Positions 9,523 through 19,991 are shown, numbered from the stretch's first letter. The stretch: DNA of 64,000 bases from Alphaproteobacteria bacterium (GCA_017412085.1 JAFPYS010000019.1:90155-154154), one strand, 5' to 3'. Numbers and translations are program-made. Notes: a model not told the origin generated them from the letters alone.

Positions 9523-10677
9523 TTATGTCTTATGGCTATTATTCTTTTTTTTATGATGGATCCAAATGGGAATTCCAAAGAGATATATTTTTTTAATAGT
9601 TCGACGTATATTCCTTTTGATTTTAATGATGGGAATACCAAGGATATAGAGTTTCTTTTTGCGATTACTTTTTATAAATTCATAAAGACGCCAAACAAAA
9701 CGGGGACGTTTTTCCAAATGTTCTATTTTTTGCAATAACAGCATATTTTGTACATTAAGTTTAGCTAGTATTTGATATAAATTGTTTAACTTATCAGTTT
9801 TTTTCTGTAAGTCCCCAACAGATTGTTTAATTTTTTCGAACTCATTTTCTTGCCCTGTCAGACAATTTTGAACTTGCTTATCAAATTTTGTAAAAATAGT
9901 CTTCAGAACAATTCCCAAATCTTCTGGTAAAACATATTTTAACCATAGCTCTGTTAATGGATAAAATACATTATCTAATGGTTTGTGTCCGGCGTAATGA
10001 ATTAAATTTTTATTACGGCTCTCGCTTAATTCAGCATAGTCCTTCCACTCATAAACATTGAAATAGTTCCACCGATAATCAGCATAAATGACATTATCTT
10101 GGCAGACTGCATTAAATATATCCTGTTCAGCATATTTTGTGCTTGGATTTTTTAAACGATGTTCATTCAATTTTACCAATAACTTATCTTGGCGTATTTT
10201 TTTCAAGTTTAATAACATAATACCACAATTAAAATAAAGATTTGGGTTTGTTTTTTTGGTTTCAATATCTTCTTTTTCCACCACTAAATCCGGAACAATT
10301 GCCGCATAATGATTCCCTAGAGTAATATTGTAAAAATCAGCTATATCATCAGTTGCAATTATATCACCATCAAGATATAAAACTTTATCCTCTTTCAATA
10401 AATCAGCAATTATAAATTTAAAATAAACGGCAGAAGTTATATAGGGATGCTTAAAATTCATATCTTTGTAGATGTTTTTTTGTCGCAAGATTATAATTTC
10501 AACATTTTTACTTAAAAATTGTGAAAATTGAGCCACAGAAGTGTCAGATAAATCCACAGCAATAATATAAATCCTTAGTTTTTCTTTTTGGGTTTTGACA
10601 AGAGAATTTATAGCAGTCTTTGTTAACAAGACATAATTTTCATCACAAATAAAACAGATGTTCATTTTATGATCCAT
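9523..10677 (-). CDS. family 8 glycosyltransferase (LPS alpha-galactosyl/glucosyltransferase-like) with a C-terminal coiled-coil and duplicated LGIPI-KIK tail
   Basis: Its N-terminal half carries the GT8 hallmarks ICFICDENY and YLDGDIIATDD (DxD). The last 45 aa read LYILGIPIIKIKRN...IYLFGIPIWIHHKK. Confidence 0.75.
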   Translation of the reverse strand: MDHKMNICFICDENYVLLTKTAINSLVKTQKEKLRIYIIAVDLSDTSVAQFSQFLSKNVEIIILRQKNIYKDMNFKHPYITSAVYFKFIIADLLKEDKVLYLDGDIIATDDIADFYNITLGNHYAAIVPDLVVEKEDIETKKTNPNLYFNCGIMLLNLKKIRQDKLLVKLNEHRLKNPSTKYAEQDIFNAVCQDNVIYADYRWNYFNVYEWKDYAELSESRNKNLIHYAGHKPLDNVFYPLTELWLKYVLPEDLGIVLKTIFTKFDKQVQNCLTGQENEFEKIKQSVGDLQKKTDKLNNLYQILAKLNVQNMLLLQKIEHLEKRPRFVWRLYEFIKSNRKKKLYILGIPIIKIKRNIRRTIKKIYLFGIPIWIHHKKKNNSHKT

Positions 10678-10692
10678 TATCTTTACTCCAAA

Positions 10693-12855
10693 TTAACGAC
10701 AAATCTTTTTTAGTACAGGAATTCCTAAAAAATAGTACCGAATTTTGGTGTGTGATGAATTTGTTTTTATCTTTAAGATAGGAATTCCCAAAACTTTTAT
10801 TTTTGCTTTGTTTTGCTTTCTCTTATAACTGAACAATGGAATCAATCCAAACAGATAGCTTTTCATTTTATTCATCTCCTTCTTTGTTGTTAATAATGTT
10901 TGATGATTTAGATGGTGCTCCAATAATGATGTAAAATATTGTGCAATCCATTCTTGTTTTTCAAGTTTTGCTCCCAACTGAATTGCTTTGTTTAAAGGCA
11001 TTTTTAAGAATGAATAATGAACTAAATTCTGAGCATCCAACGCTGTTAACTGGTGGTATTGACCGTAATTTTGAAAGAGTGCTGTTATCACATCTGCTTT
11101 GACTGCAGCTGTATTCGACGATATCCCTCCCAGTCTATAACAAATAATAAATGGCTCAATCATTGTAATTCGTTTAGCGGCCTGTAACATCTTATACATA
11201 AAGGCTGTGTCAGAAGATACCTTATAATCTAAATCATAAAGTCCTAATTCTTTCATCACATCAGTTTTAATTAAAAATGTTTGATGACAAGCATGCTGAC
11301 CGAAGATCAATGAACGAGTTTGATAACAACTCCACAAACTTTTCACATCCATTGTTTTCTCATCAATAGATTTTGCACTTGCACAACACGCATCTGCATC
11401 TTGTTCTTCAGCCTTTTTCACCAACCATTCTAATCCCCGATCATCACAATAAAAATCATCTGAGTTCAAAACAACCACATATTTCCCCTTGGCCTTTAAA
11501 ATGCCTTTATTAATGGCGTCATACAGCCCCCTATCTGGTTCAGAATAATACGTAATCCACCCCTTTTCTTTATATTCTTTTAAGACATCTAATGTGCCAT
11601 CTTTTGAACCACCATCTATCACAATATGTTCAATATTCTTATACGTTTGATTATGAGCGCTAGTAATACTTTGAATAAAGGTTTTTTCGCGATTTTGTTT
11701 AATTAAATTAAATGTGGGTGTAATAATTGTAACGAGTGGTTTCTGATTTTTACGTTTTTCAACCTCTTCCATTTTATTTAAAATAACATCAACTGTTTTT
11801 TCCCAAGAAAACAGTTTGGAACGTTTCAGACCATTCTGGGCCATTTCATCACGATATTTTTTATCAAAATAATATTTTTCATAGGCTTTTACGTGTTGTT
11901 CGTCACTATCCCAATCGATCATTTGTCCCGCATCACCAACAACTTCCGGTAAACTAGTGTTATTAGATGTAATGACAGGACAACCACAGGCCATAGCCTC
12001 CAAGGGAGGCATACCAAATCCTTCATATTGCGAGGTATAAACAAACCATTCAGCATTGCTGTATAGGACTTCCAAATCTTCATCGTCCACATAACCAGCC
12101 CGAATAATTTTATCTTTATATTTCGAAAAATTTGGAATTTGTTCAGCCCATTTTTCAGCATCTTGCATTACATCTTTACCTGCGATAACATAGACCATAT
12201 TATCAATTTTATTTTGGTCAATAAACTCAAGAAATGTTTTAATACACCGCAGCAAATTTTTTCTGGGATCTAAAGAAGAACAAGAAAAAATAAATTTTTT
12301 ATTCAATGGAATATGATATTTATCTAATATCTTTTTTAATAAGTTTTTATCTTTATTCGGTTTATATGAAAAATTTGCTGCATTTGGAGCAACTATCATA
12401 TTTTTTTCATCGATCTGTGGCCAATACTTTAAAAAATCACGCTTTGTATAACGAGAAACAACAAAATAAAAATCATCCTCTCTGAACGAATTGACTAATT
12501 CACCAAACCAACTATTTGCTCTTCCAAAATAACGGGGCAATAAAAATGGGATGCAATCATGTAAAATAGTGTACCGAGAAATGTGAGGATACTGACGAAT
12601 AAAATCGGGTATTTTATAACTCGGTGATAAAAAAACATCTATTTTTGAAAAATCTCTCCCTTTATAAAAAATGTGATCTTCAGGAAAAGATTTGGTAAGC
12701 ATAGAAAGATCTTTTAGATGAGCTTGTTCTTCAAGATATAGATACAAATTAACGTTCCTTTTTCGAAATTCATTAAATATATTTTGTAAAACGAAAAAAA
12801 TTCCGGAACGACTTCCTAACTTTCCCAACAAACGGACATCCAAGCAAATATTCAT
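10693..12855 (-). CDS. bifunctional glycosyltransferase with N-terminal GT4 (group 1) and C-terminal GT2 domains
   Basis: GT4 motif [33 protein letters not shown], then GT2 motif VTIITPTFN...[11 protein letters not shown]. The C-terminal tail has three LGIPI-type repeats. Its ATG overlaps the stop of the upstream gene (ATGA). Confidence 0.8.
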   Translation of the reverse strand: MNICLDVRLLGKLGSRSGIFFVLQNIFNEFRKRNVNLYLYLEEQAHLKDLSMLTKSFPEDHIFYKGRDFSKIDVFLSPSYKIPDFIRQYPHISRYTILHDCIPFLLPRYFGRANSWFGELVNSFREDDFYFVVSRYTKRDFLKYWPQIDEKNMIVAPNAANFSYKPNKDKNLLKKILDKYHIPLNKKFIFSCSSLDPRKNLLRCIKTFLEFIDQNKIDNMVYVIAGKDVMQDAEKWAEQIPNFSKYKDKIIRAGYVDDEDLEVLYSNAEWFVYTSQYEGFGMPPLEAMACGCPVITSNNTSLPEVVGDAGQMIDWDSDEQHVKAYEKYYFDKKYRDEMAQNGLKRSKLFSWEKTVDVILNKMEEVEKRKNQKPLVTIITPTFNLIKQNREKTFIQSITSAHNQTYKNIEHIVIDGGSKDGTLDVLKEYKEKGWITYYSEPDRGLYDAINKGILKAKGKYVVVLNSDDFYCDDRGLEWLVKKAEEQDADACCASAKSIDEKTMDVKSLWSCYQTRSLIFGQHACHQTFLIKTDVMKELGLYDLDYKVSSDTAFMYKMLQAAKRITMIEPFIICYRLGGISSNTAAVKADVITALFQNYGQYHQLTALDAQNLVHYSFLKMPLNKAIQLGAKLEKQEWIAQYFTSLLEHHLNHQTLLTTKKEMNKMKSYLFGLIPLFSYKRKQNKAKIKVLGIPILKIKTNSSHTKIRYYFLGIPVLKKICR

Positions 12856-15128
12856 TTTTTATTCCTTTTCCCTAAATTATTAATTAAATATTTTTCCAAT
12901 CGTTCACAAAAACTGGATTTATAATAGAAGAATAAATTTTGCTGTTCCTTCTCCTTAGCAGATAATTGAAAATGATTCTTTGCGTAATAATCTAGAGTTT
13001 TTATGAGGTGTTCTTTATTTTTAATAATATTGGGTAATAAATTCTCTTTGCCTAAATATGGATCAACGACATCCAAAACATGTCCATATTTTTGACAATC
13101 TTCTGCATCGTTAAGCGAATAAAAAAGAACAGGCTTTTCTTGGAAAAAGAATTCAAAACACATTGATGAATAATCCGTTATTAACAAAGATGCTATTTGT
13201 TTTATTTTGAAAATATCATCTTCACCAACTAAATCAATATTCATTTTCTGTAAAACGGGAGACAAAAGATCTGCAACAGAATGATGAAGGGCTATTTTAA
13301 TTTTGATATTATGAACATTCTTCTTAATACAATCCAAAATATCACATATATTCCTTACATATTGACTATCTTTAAGATTTTGAATTTGGGAAAGATAACG
13401 TCTTGTTGTAAAGAAAATAAGAATAAACTTTTCTGATTGCTCCAGTGCAGAATTATGAATACCATCCCAACGCATCAAACCATTTTTGATAATATCTTGA
13501 GTTTTAAAATTCCCTCGTTTAATAAATAATTGTTTTTCCATATCATTAGAAACCAAAACTTTATCAAAGATGTTTTTACCATAAACGTTGGGCATAATGA
13601 AATCCGGTTTAAAAAAAGTAACACCATGTTGCATAAAAATAGAGGTCATATGAGATGTATTTTTAACAATATTATGAAACCCAAAAGGAATAGCTGTAAT
13701 AGCTTGGAAACTATCAAAAACATATCTTAATCTAGGTACTAAAAACAAAAAACACAATTTTAAACGCCATGTTGGAGTAGTCCCAGAATTCCAAAAGATA
13801 ACATGTTTACCATATTTTCGAGCTAATTCTTGACGATATGGTGACTGCGAGTTCAATATGTAATAAGGAACTAATTTCCATTTTTTTTGATCATATAGAT
13901 ATTTAAAAAAAGTAAAATTATCTTGAATGTTGGCATTTGCTTCAAAAATGTTATCCATCAGCAATACAACATTGCGTTTAAACGGAATGCGATTAACGTT
14001 TTTCAAAATCTTTTCAAAAAAGTTAGATTTTTTTCTATTGGGATTATTTAATTTTATTTTTAACAATAAAAGACATCCTAATAAATATATTTTTATTTTA
14101 CCTGGCTTTTCCCTGATTTTAATAATTGGCAAAAAATTAAATAATTTATAGGTGGTTACATCGGAAATTTTTTCAAAATGGGATTGAATACTTTTTTGAT
14201 TAACAATTGCTTTTTCCTCTATCCAATCCAGTATTTTGGTTCTTTCTTTGGACCATTTGGCATAACCAGTTTGGATATATTTTATTGCATTTTCCTGAAT
14301 TTTTCTGATATTCCCCAATTGAATTGGTTGTGGATTTTGGGGATCATACAAATAGCCATTTACACCGTTTGTAATATATTCATTCATTGTTGGATTATTT
14401 GGAGCAATCACACATCTCCCCATAGCCATTGCTTCCAAAAAGCTCATTCCAATCCCTTCGTATAATCTGGGGGCAATATAAATTGCTGATTTCTGTTGTA
14501 TTTGCAACATTTCTTCTTTTGTATTAAACCATTCAGAATAAGTTATCTTCCATTTTGAATCTGGTGAGGGATCCATAAAAGTATGAGCTGGGTCTAAAGC
14601 CTTATGAATATGTAAGCGAGTGATTGAATTTCCCATCAAAAGCTTCTCAATAAGAAGTACGTTTATTGGGGTAATTCTTTGCCAGAAAAAAACAGATTTT
14701 GTATCCCCCATATTACCTATTTTTTGAGAGGGTTCTGGAAAATATTGGATATAGTGTGAAGAAAAACCGAGTTTACTCAATTCTTCATGCAATGTACGGC
14801 TGAAATTAATAATTTGAGTAAAACGATATTCGTACCAAATAGGATTATTCCGACTGGGAATACCATCATACATCGGGAAAAAAACACTTTTTTTAAAGGA
14901 AATAAGTTTTTTTAGTTTCTCTAAAGAAGGCATGATTTGCAACAAGACCAATATATCATATTGTTTTCCTTTCAATGGAGCAAAATGGGAATTTATCTCA
15001 TCCTTATATGGATCAAATGAAAACACATCTACAGTATATTTTTTTTCTAATACAGATAATAAAAATAAATTTGATTTGGTTTTATTGTGATAGGCGTGGC
15101 CAATATACAGTAGCTTTTTCTTTTTCAT
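12852..15128 (-). CDS. GT4 glycosyltransferase fused to a TagF-like CDP-glycerol glycerophosphotransferase domain
   Basis: GT4 motif YEGIGMSFLEAMAMGRCVIAPNNPTMNEYITNG in the N-terminal third. The C-terminal region carries the TagB/TagF hallmark ITDYSSMCFEFFFQEKPVLFY. An internal linker has LPIIKIREK...IYLLGCLLLLKIK motifs. Confidence 0.7.
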   Translation of the reverse strand: MKKKKLLYIGHAYHNKTKSNLFLLSVLEKKYTVDVFSFDPYKDEINSHFAPLKGKQYDILVLLQIMPSLEKLKKLISFKKSVFFPMYDGIPSRNNPIWYEYRFTQIINFSRTLHEELSKLGFSSHYIQYFPEPSQKIGNMGDTKSVFFWQRITPINVLLIEKLLMGNSITRLHIHKALDPAHTFMDPSPDSKWKITYSEWFNTKEEMLQIQQKSAIYIAPRLYEGIGMSFLEAMAMGRCVIAPNNPTMNEYITNGVNGYLYDPQNPQPIQLGNIRKIQENAIKYIQTGYAKWSKERTKILDWIEEKAIVNQKSIQSHFEKISDVTTYKLFNFLPIIKIREKPGKIKIYLLGCLLLLKIKLNNPNRKKSNFFEKILKNVNRIPFKRNVVLLMDNIFEANANIQDNFTFFKYLYDQKKWKLVPYYILNSQSPYRQELARKYGKHVIFWNSGTTPTWRLKLCFLFLVPRLRYVFDSFQAITAIPFGFHNIVKNTSHMTSIFMQHGVTFFKPDFIMPNVYGKNIFDKVLVSNDMEKQLFIKRGNFKTQDIIKNGLMRWDGIHNSALEQSEKFILIFFTTRRYLSQIQNLKDSQYVRNICDILDCIKKNVHNIKIKIALHHSVADLLSPVLQKMNIDLVGEDDIFKIKQIASLLITDYSSMCFEFFFQEKPVLFYSLNDAEDCQKYGHVLDVVDPYLGKENLLPNIIKNKEHLIKTLDYYAKNHFQLSAKEKEQQNLFFYYKSSFCERLEKYLINNLGKRNKK

Positions 15129-15138
15129 TTTTACTCTT

Positions 15139-16317
15139 TTACTTTAAATCGAAAATTTGTTGTGTGGTTTTATCCCAGGTGAATTGTTGCGCGCGCTGGA
15201 GACCTTTTAGCGATAATTCCTGGCGTTTTGAAGGATTACTATATAAATCCCCCATGACATGGGCCATCTTTTTTGCATCTGTTTCTGGCACATATAGTGC
15301 GACATCGCCCCCTACTTCCGGTAAGGAAGAATTGTGGCATGTGATAACAGGCGTACCGCATTGCATCGCCTCTAAGACAGGCAACCCAAAGCCTTCGTAT
15401 AAACTGGGATAAAGAAAAGCAGTTGCTTCAGAATAAAGTGCTGGCATGTCTGAATCAGCAACAAAACCCGTGCAGATAATCTTATTTGCGTATTCAGGAT
15501 AGTTTTGAATTTTTTCTTGTAATTTTTCATAATGACGACCTTTAGGGCCTGCAAAAACCAACGAAATATCCTTTGCTTCTATCTGATTTAAGAATTTTAC
15601 AAATGAATTTAAAATGTGTATAAAATTTTTTCTAGGATTGTGGTCTGAAACCGCCAAAAAATACTTTTGCGTCGGGATATGATATTTTTCTTTAATAGCA
15701 TTTGATTTTGAAGGTTTAAATTTAGAATCAGCTGCTAAATATACCACTTTCGTATTTTTATTGATATAATCGGGTCGAAATTTAAAAAAATCAATCTTTG
15801 TTGCATCAGAAACACAGATAACTTCATCAGCTTTCACTTGTTTAATCCAGGAACGATACTTCTTTACAAAACCAGGAGAACAGGTTTCTGGCATAATCAA
15901 GGGAATTAAATCATGAATAAACATTCTTGTTTTAATCTGGCTTTTATAAATAATTGGAGAAATGGGAGAAAATAAACTAAGGTATTCATCATATTGCCTT
16001 AATTGCTTCATATATTCATGAAAGTATTTTTGAGTCAAAAAATAACAATATGCTTTTTTATAAAGATTATATTTTTGTGTTGTCTTTTTTAGGTACGGCA
16101 TTCTGACAATATTAGGAACCAAATATCCAAGTCCTTTGTCTTCTAAATATTTTACTGGATCGACACCTTTTTTTGTCGTAACAATCGGGTAAACTTCATA
16201 CTCTTTTTGTTTGGAAATACGCTTCAAAACTTCCAAAGAAACACGACAAATCCCCGTCTCTCGCCCCGCACTCATTAATAACTGCTCAATATCATAAAGA
16301 AGCTTGATTTTTTTCAT
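15139..16317 (-). CDS. GT4 (group 1) glycosyltransferase
   Basis: Motif YPSLYEGFGLPVLEAMQCGTPVITCHNSSLPEVGGD. Start set at the ATG at 16317, which overlaps the stop of the cytidylyltransferase gene as ATGA. Confidence 0.8.
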   Translation of the reverse strand: MKKIKLLYDIEQLLMSAGRETGICRVSLEVLKRISKQKEYEVYPIVTTKKGVDPVKYLEDKGLGYLVPNIVRMPYLKKTTQKYNLYKKAYCYFLTQKYFHEYMKQLRQYDEYLSLFSPISPIIYKSQIKTRMFIHDLIPLIMPETCSPGFVKKYRSWIKQVKADEVICVSDATKIDFFKFRPDYINKNTKVVYLAADSKFKPSKSNAIKEKYHIPTQKYFLAVSDHNPRKNFIHILNSFVKFLNQIEAKDISLVFAGPKGRHYEKLQEKIQNYPEYANKIICTGFVADSDMPALYSEATAFLYPSLYEGFGLPVLEAMQCGTPVITCHNSSLPEVGGDVALYVPETDAKKMAHVMGDLYSNPSKRQELSLKGLQRAQQFTWDKTTQQIFDLK

Positions 16318-16748
16318 TGCTGATTCCATTTCTTTAAAATCCAACTAGATGAATTTGCCTTATGAGAACCGCCAATACCAAAGACTTTTTCAACATGACA
16401 TTCTTGACATACATCATCTTCGCGAATGTTCTCTTTTCCTCGATCTCCCCCATTCGCGAATACCAATACATCATGGGGATACATTTGTCGCACTTTACGA
16501 ATTCCATCACTGGCCGAGTTATCTGAATCATCAAAACCTAACGCACAAATAACTCCTTTTAAATTTTCGCAAATTGTTTTTCGTGTATTGAAGTTTTGAA
16601 AAGCTTTTCCCTTCTTACGGATTAACCATTCATCGGAATTAACCAAAACAACTACACCATCACTTGCCTCCGCCGAGGCCTTTATCATTTCAATATGCCC
16701 CTCATGAATGGGATCAAATCCTCCGCTGACAATATAATATTTTGCCAT
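16314..16748 (-). CDS. cytidylyltransferase-fold nucleotidyltransferase (TagD-like or HldE domain II-like)
   Basis: 144 aa with the (H/T)xGH motif SGGFDPIHEGH, and NSDEW...KGK and LVFANGGD segments that align to HldE domain II (FDILHAGH, NSD...KG, LVKGGDY). Confidence 0.7.
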   Translation of the reverse strand: MAKYYIVSGGFDPIHEGHIEMIKASAEASDGVVVLVNSDEWLIRKKGKAFQNFNTRKTICENLKGVICALGFDDSDNSASDGIRKVRQMYPHDVLVFANGGDRGKENIREDDVCQECHVEKVFGIGGSHKANSSSWILKKWNQQ

Positions 16749-16978
16749 TTGTTTTCCCTTTATAGATTCAAATCAAAACACATTATGTTGTGTTTTCTTG
16801 GAGAAGATTAAAACATACATTTTATACTAAGTCAAGAAAAAAATATAATATGAATATAATTTTATGTATTTTAATATGAAATTTCAAAATTATTAAAAAA
16901 TTTCAATGTATTAAAAATATTACCATTCAATTATTCAAAAGAGACTAGGTATAAAAAAGCATACAGTAGTATGTAAAA
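16749..16978 (-). promoter_or_regulatory. AT-rich (~85%) intergenic region, likely the promoter/leader of the glycosyltransferase operon
   Basis: 230 bp with no ORF and multiple TATAAT-like hexamers, immediately upstream of the first gene of a run of five overlapping or tightly spaced genes. Confidence 0.35.
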
Positions 16979-17230
16979 TTATTGACGTAATGCTTGGTCA
17001 ATTGCCTTAGATAATTGATCCGCGCAAGATGTGCCCTTCCCCGCGCAATCGTTGCCACGCAGAACATCTGCCACTTGTTTAGCATCTTTGCCTTCGATTA
17101 GTTTGCCAATCGCCAGTAAATTACCAGGACATCCACCTAAAAAACGAACATTATGTAACTTTCCATCTTCTATATCAAAATGGATTTCTTTAGAACAAAC
17201 CAATTGTGTACGATATACATAATGTGTCAT
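16979..17230 (-). CDS. TSCPD-domain small four-Cys protein
   Basis: 83 aa with GGCPGNL and GKGTSCADQL motifs that match the TSCPD signature. Lies 8 nt downstream of the helicase gene. Confidence 0.55.
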   Translation of the reverse strand: MTHYVYRTQLVCSKEIHFDIEDGKLHNVRFLGGCPGNLLAIGKLIEGKDAKQVADVLRGNDCAGKGTSCADQLSKAIDQALRQ

Positions 17231-17238
17231 ATTGCCTC

Positions 17239-19974
17239 CTATACAAATTTATCCAGCACACTTGACCAACGACTTACCTTGTCGGCATAGGTTGTTTGAA
17301 TGCTGGAATAAGCTTTTGCCCTTGATTTTAACATTAACACCCGACCTTCTACGTTGCGTGTGTAAATCACTTTACAATAACCAATATGTTTTTGCCAGTT
17401 ATTTTTAAAAATATTCGCCATTTCTTTGTTTTCAGATAAAATCTCTGGTAAAGCATGATAATCTTTTTGTTGCCACCATTTAACATTTGTATTTTGGCGC
17501 ACCAACAAGTACCTAGGATTATCAATCGGATCCAAGAATTGTTTCATGGCATTAATAAAGACATGATTATCTTTTTGATTTAGGCCGATCGCACTCACTG
17601 TATAATGAACACCTGGAATCTTTTTAACCTTTAGCAACGCTGCTTTTGGGGACGTGTTAATGGCATCTATCTCATATAAACTTTCTAACATCACAAGACC
17701 GATTTGTTCCAACATTTTTTCAGGACGTCCCGCCCTTAGAACTTTCCAAGTCGGAATCAACATAGCCACTATAAATACAGCGATAATTAATCCATATACC
17801 CACAAAGGCGCCATATTATCGTAAGCGATCTTACAGGCTTGATAAGCAAGGAATCCATAAGCGATAAGCATCGTGAAATAAGCATCCACAAAAGGTAATG
17901 TCTTTACTTTATTATTTGTGTCCAGTTCTTGTTTAACAGACCCGATGCCGACTTTTGATTCCTTTACAATTCCTTTTTCCCAAGCTGTTTTTGTTTCCTC
18001 GCGTGTATAAGCAAGTGCTTTTTCATTCAATTCGTCCAATTTCTTTTCTTTTAATTTAGTTGATTTTGTTCCCCATAGACAACGATCCATCCCATTCGTA
18101 ATATCATAAGGCGGCAATAAGCTTGGCGCTTCATAACCAGCAAAGCGACGACTTAAAGATTCAAAATCGCCACCGATATCGCCCTCTTCTCCCTTCCAAT
18201 TATCCACAATATTAAACACTTTGATGTTTGCCAGGTGCCAAATATGCGAAATCTTATCCGGATGATTTTTATCGACACGGATGGCGCGTCCCCGCATTTG
18301 GTTTGAAAGCATATAAGATGCCACGGCACTAGACAACACCAACGAGTTAATACTTGGAGCATCCCAACCTTCGCCCAACAAAGCCTGTGTCCCAACCATA
18401 ATCGTCAAATGACCACCATTAAACAAGTCTGTAATTAAATCCACAATCTTGGATTTTGCCTTTTCCTTTGGCTTAACCGTCACATAATCTGGATAATATT
18501 TAAAGGATGAAAAAGTTACATCGGACTTGTTCAAATTGGCTTTTTCCATTAAATCGACCAAAGGTTTTTCCGCATTTTTTGGAAGTAAGATAATTTGTCC
18601 GGTTAAAATACCAATACTGGCTTTTGGCAAATGAAGTGCCTCCAAGTGTCTGAAAATCGGTACCACACCCAAAGCATCTACCTTAGTCTCAAAGGCATCA
18701 TGCTTAATCAAATCGGCCAAAATTACCATCCGCAAGTCAGCTCCTAACAGGCTATGCTCACGTTTTACAATTTCCTCAATGGCGTCTAATTTCCCGAGAC
18801 TGCGAGCCAATGTTTGTGCAACCGAAGCATTATTTTGAATTTGCACAGATTTGTTTTCAATCAAGTTTGCCTTGGCCGCTTTTTGATGCAGAGAGTTAAT
18901 TTGATCGGCCAATTCGGGATACTTTTCCCCGTGTTTAAAAATTAAACCATTTAACACACGTTCGATCTCTGGTAATGTCAAGCGAGGCAACTCTTCGCCA
19001 GTTGCCTGAAAAATTTCCAAAAATGGCTTGGCAATTTCTTTCTTTTGAGTTTTTAAATAGCTTGACAAAGCAAGATAAAATTCTGGATCATCAAACAATT
19101 CCACCAAAAAAGGATCTGGATTATTCCAAAAAGAAAGCTGTTGAACAGCCGCGCCAAATTCTTCGTTTTTTAAAAAATCATCTACAAACGCTTTTGCCGC
19201 TTGTTCATGCTGAGCCAAAGCTTGTTTTTCTTCTTCGCGCAAATGAGCAAAGTAAATCAAGTCTTGATGTGGACATAAATCCCCAGCCTGCACCAACTCA
19301 GGGATGCTGATTTCGGCATCAACGGGACCACATAAAGCTTCATACCGATCCCATTCGTGCCGATCCACATCATAGGGAGGCGTTGCCGTTAAAGCCACAG
19401 TTTTTTTAAGGCTCATGTGCTCCATCAAATATTCCAAAGCCTTCCACCATTCTTTGCGCAGGTGATGGGCTTCATCCAAACACAGCACTTCGATCTTGGC
19501 TTTCTTTAAAATCTCGACCAACTTTAACGCTTTTTCTTCGTTTAAGCGTGACAATTTTTGAGCGCGCTTTTCCGCCTGCTCTTCCAAGGCGGACACTTCC
19601 TCGTCCGTTAAATCTTCTTTGACATCCTTTTCCACTTGACCGCTTAAGCCCGCCAACAATCCTTGATAGGTTGAAAGGGTGATTGTTTTGGGCGCCAAGA
19701 TATTTGTGGAAATCATGTCATCCGCAATCTTTTTGTTGGTCAAAAAGGCCTGTTTTAAACGGGATGCCCATTGATGTTTAATCGTGATTGTCGGCGTTAA
19801 AATCAAACAAGGTTTTGCAATACGGCGCAAAACCTCCAATCCCAAGATGGTTTTGCCGGCGCCAGGGGCCGCCACAATGTGTAATTTTTCGTCTTCAATG
19901 TGATTGTCCAAATCGTCCAAAATCGCCTGTTGATAGGATCGCCATTTGCCTTGAAATTGTAAATCTTTAAACAT
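17239..19974 (-). CDS. SF2 DEAD/DEAH-box helicase-family protein with a C-terminal membrane-associated extension
   Basis: 911 aa. Motif I AAPGAGKT, motif II LDEAHH, motif III TATP, motif VI QMRGRAIR. The C-terminal 300 aa contain two predicted TM helices (FTMLIAYGFLAYQACKIAY and LWVYGLIIAVFIVAMLIPTW). Confidence 0.8.
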   Translation of the reverse strand: MFKDLQFQGKWRSYQQAILDDLDNHIEDEKLHIVAAPGAGKTILGLEVLRRIAKPCLILTPTITIKHQWASRLKQAFLTNKKIADDMISTNILAPKTITLSTYQGLLAGLSGQVEKDVKEDLTDEEVSALEEQAEKRAQKLSRLNEEKALKLVEILKKAKIEVLCLDEAHHLRKEWWKALEYLMEHMSLKKTVALTATPPYDVDRHEWDRYEALCGPVDAEISIPELVQAGDLCPHQDLIYFAHLREEEKQALAQHEQAAKAFVDDFLKNEEFGAAVQQLSFWNNPDPFLVELFDDPEFYLALSSYLKTQKKEIAKPFLEIFQATGEELPRLTLPEIERVLNGLIFKHGEKYPELADQINSLHQKAAKANLIENKSVQIQNNASVAQTLARSLGKLDAIEEIVKREHSLLGADLRMVILADLIKHDAFETKVDALGVVPIFRHLEALHLPKASIGILTGQIILLPKNAEKPLVDLMEKANLNKSDVTFSSFKYYPDYVTVKPKEKAKSKIVDLITDLFNGGHLTIMVGTQALLGEGWDAPSINSLVLSSAVASYMLSNQMRGRAIRVDKNHPDKISHIWHLANIKVFNIVDNWKGEEGDIGGDFESLSRRFAGYEAPSLLPPYDITNGMDRCLWGTKSTKLKEKKLDELNEKALAYTREETKTAWEKGIVKESKVGIGSVKQELDTNNKVKTLPFVDAYFTMLIAYGFLAYQACKIAYDNMAPLWVYGLIIAVFIVAMLIPTWKVLRAGRPEKMLEQIGLVMLESLYEIDAINTSPKAALLKVKKIPGVHYTVSAIGLNQKDNHVFINAMKQFLDPIDNPRYLLVRQNTNVKWWQQKDYHALPEILSENKEMANIFKNNWQKHIGYCKVIYTRNVEGRVLMLKSRAKAYSSIQTTYADKVSRWSSVLDKFV

Positions 19975-19991
19975 CTCTCCCCCTGATATAT

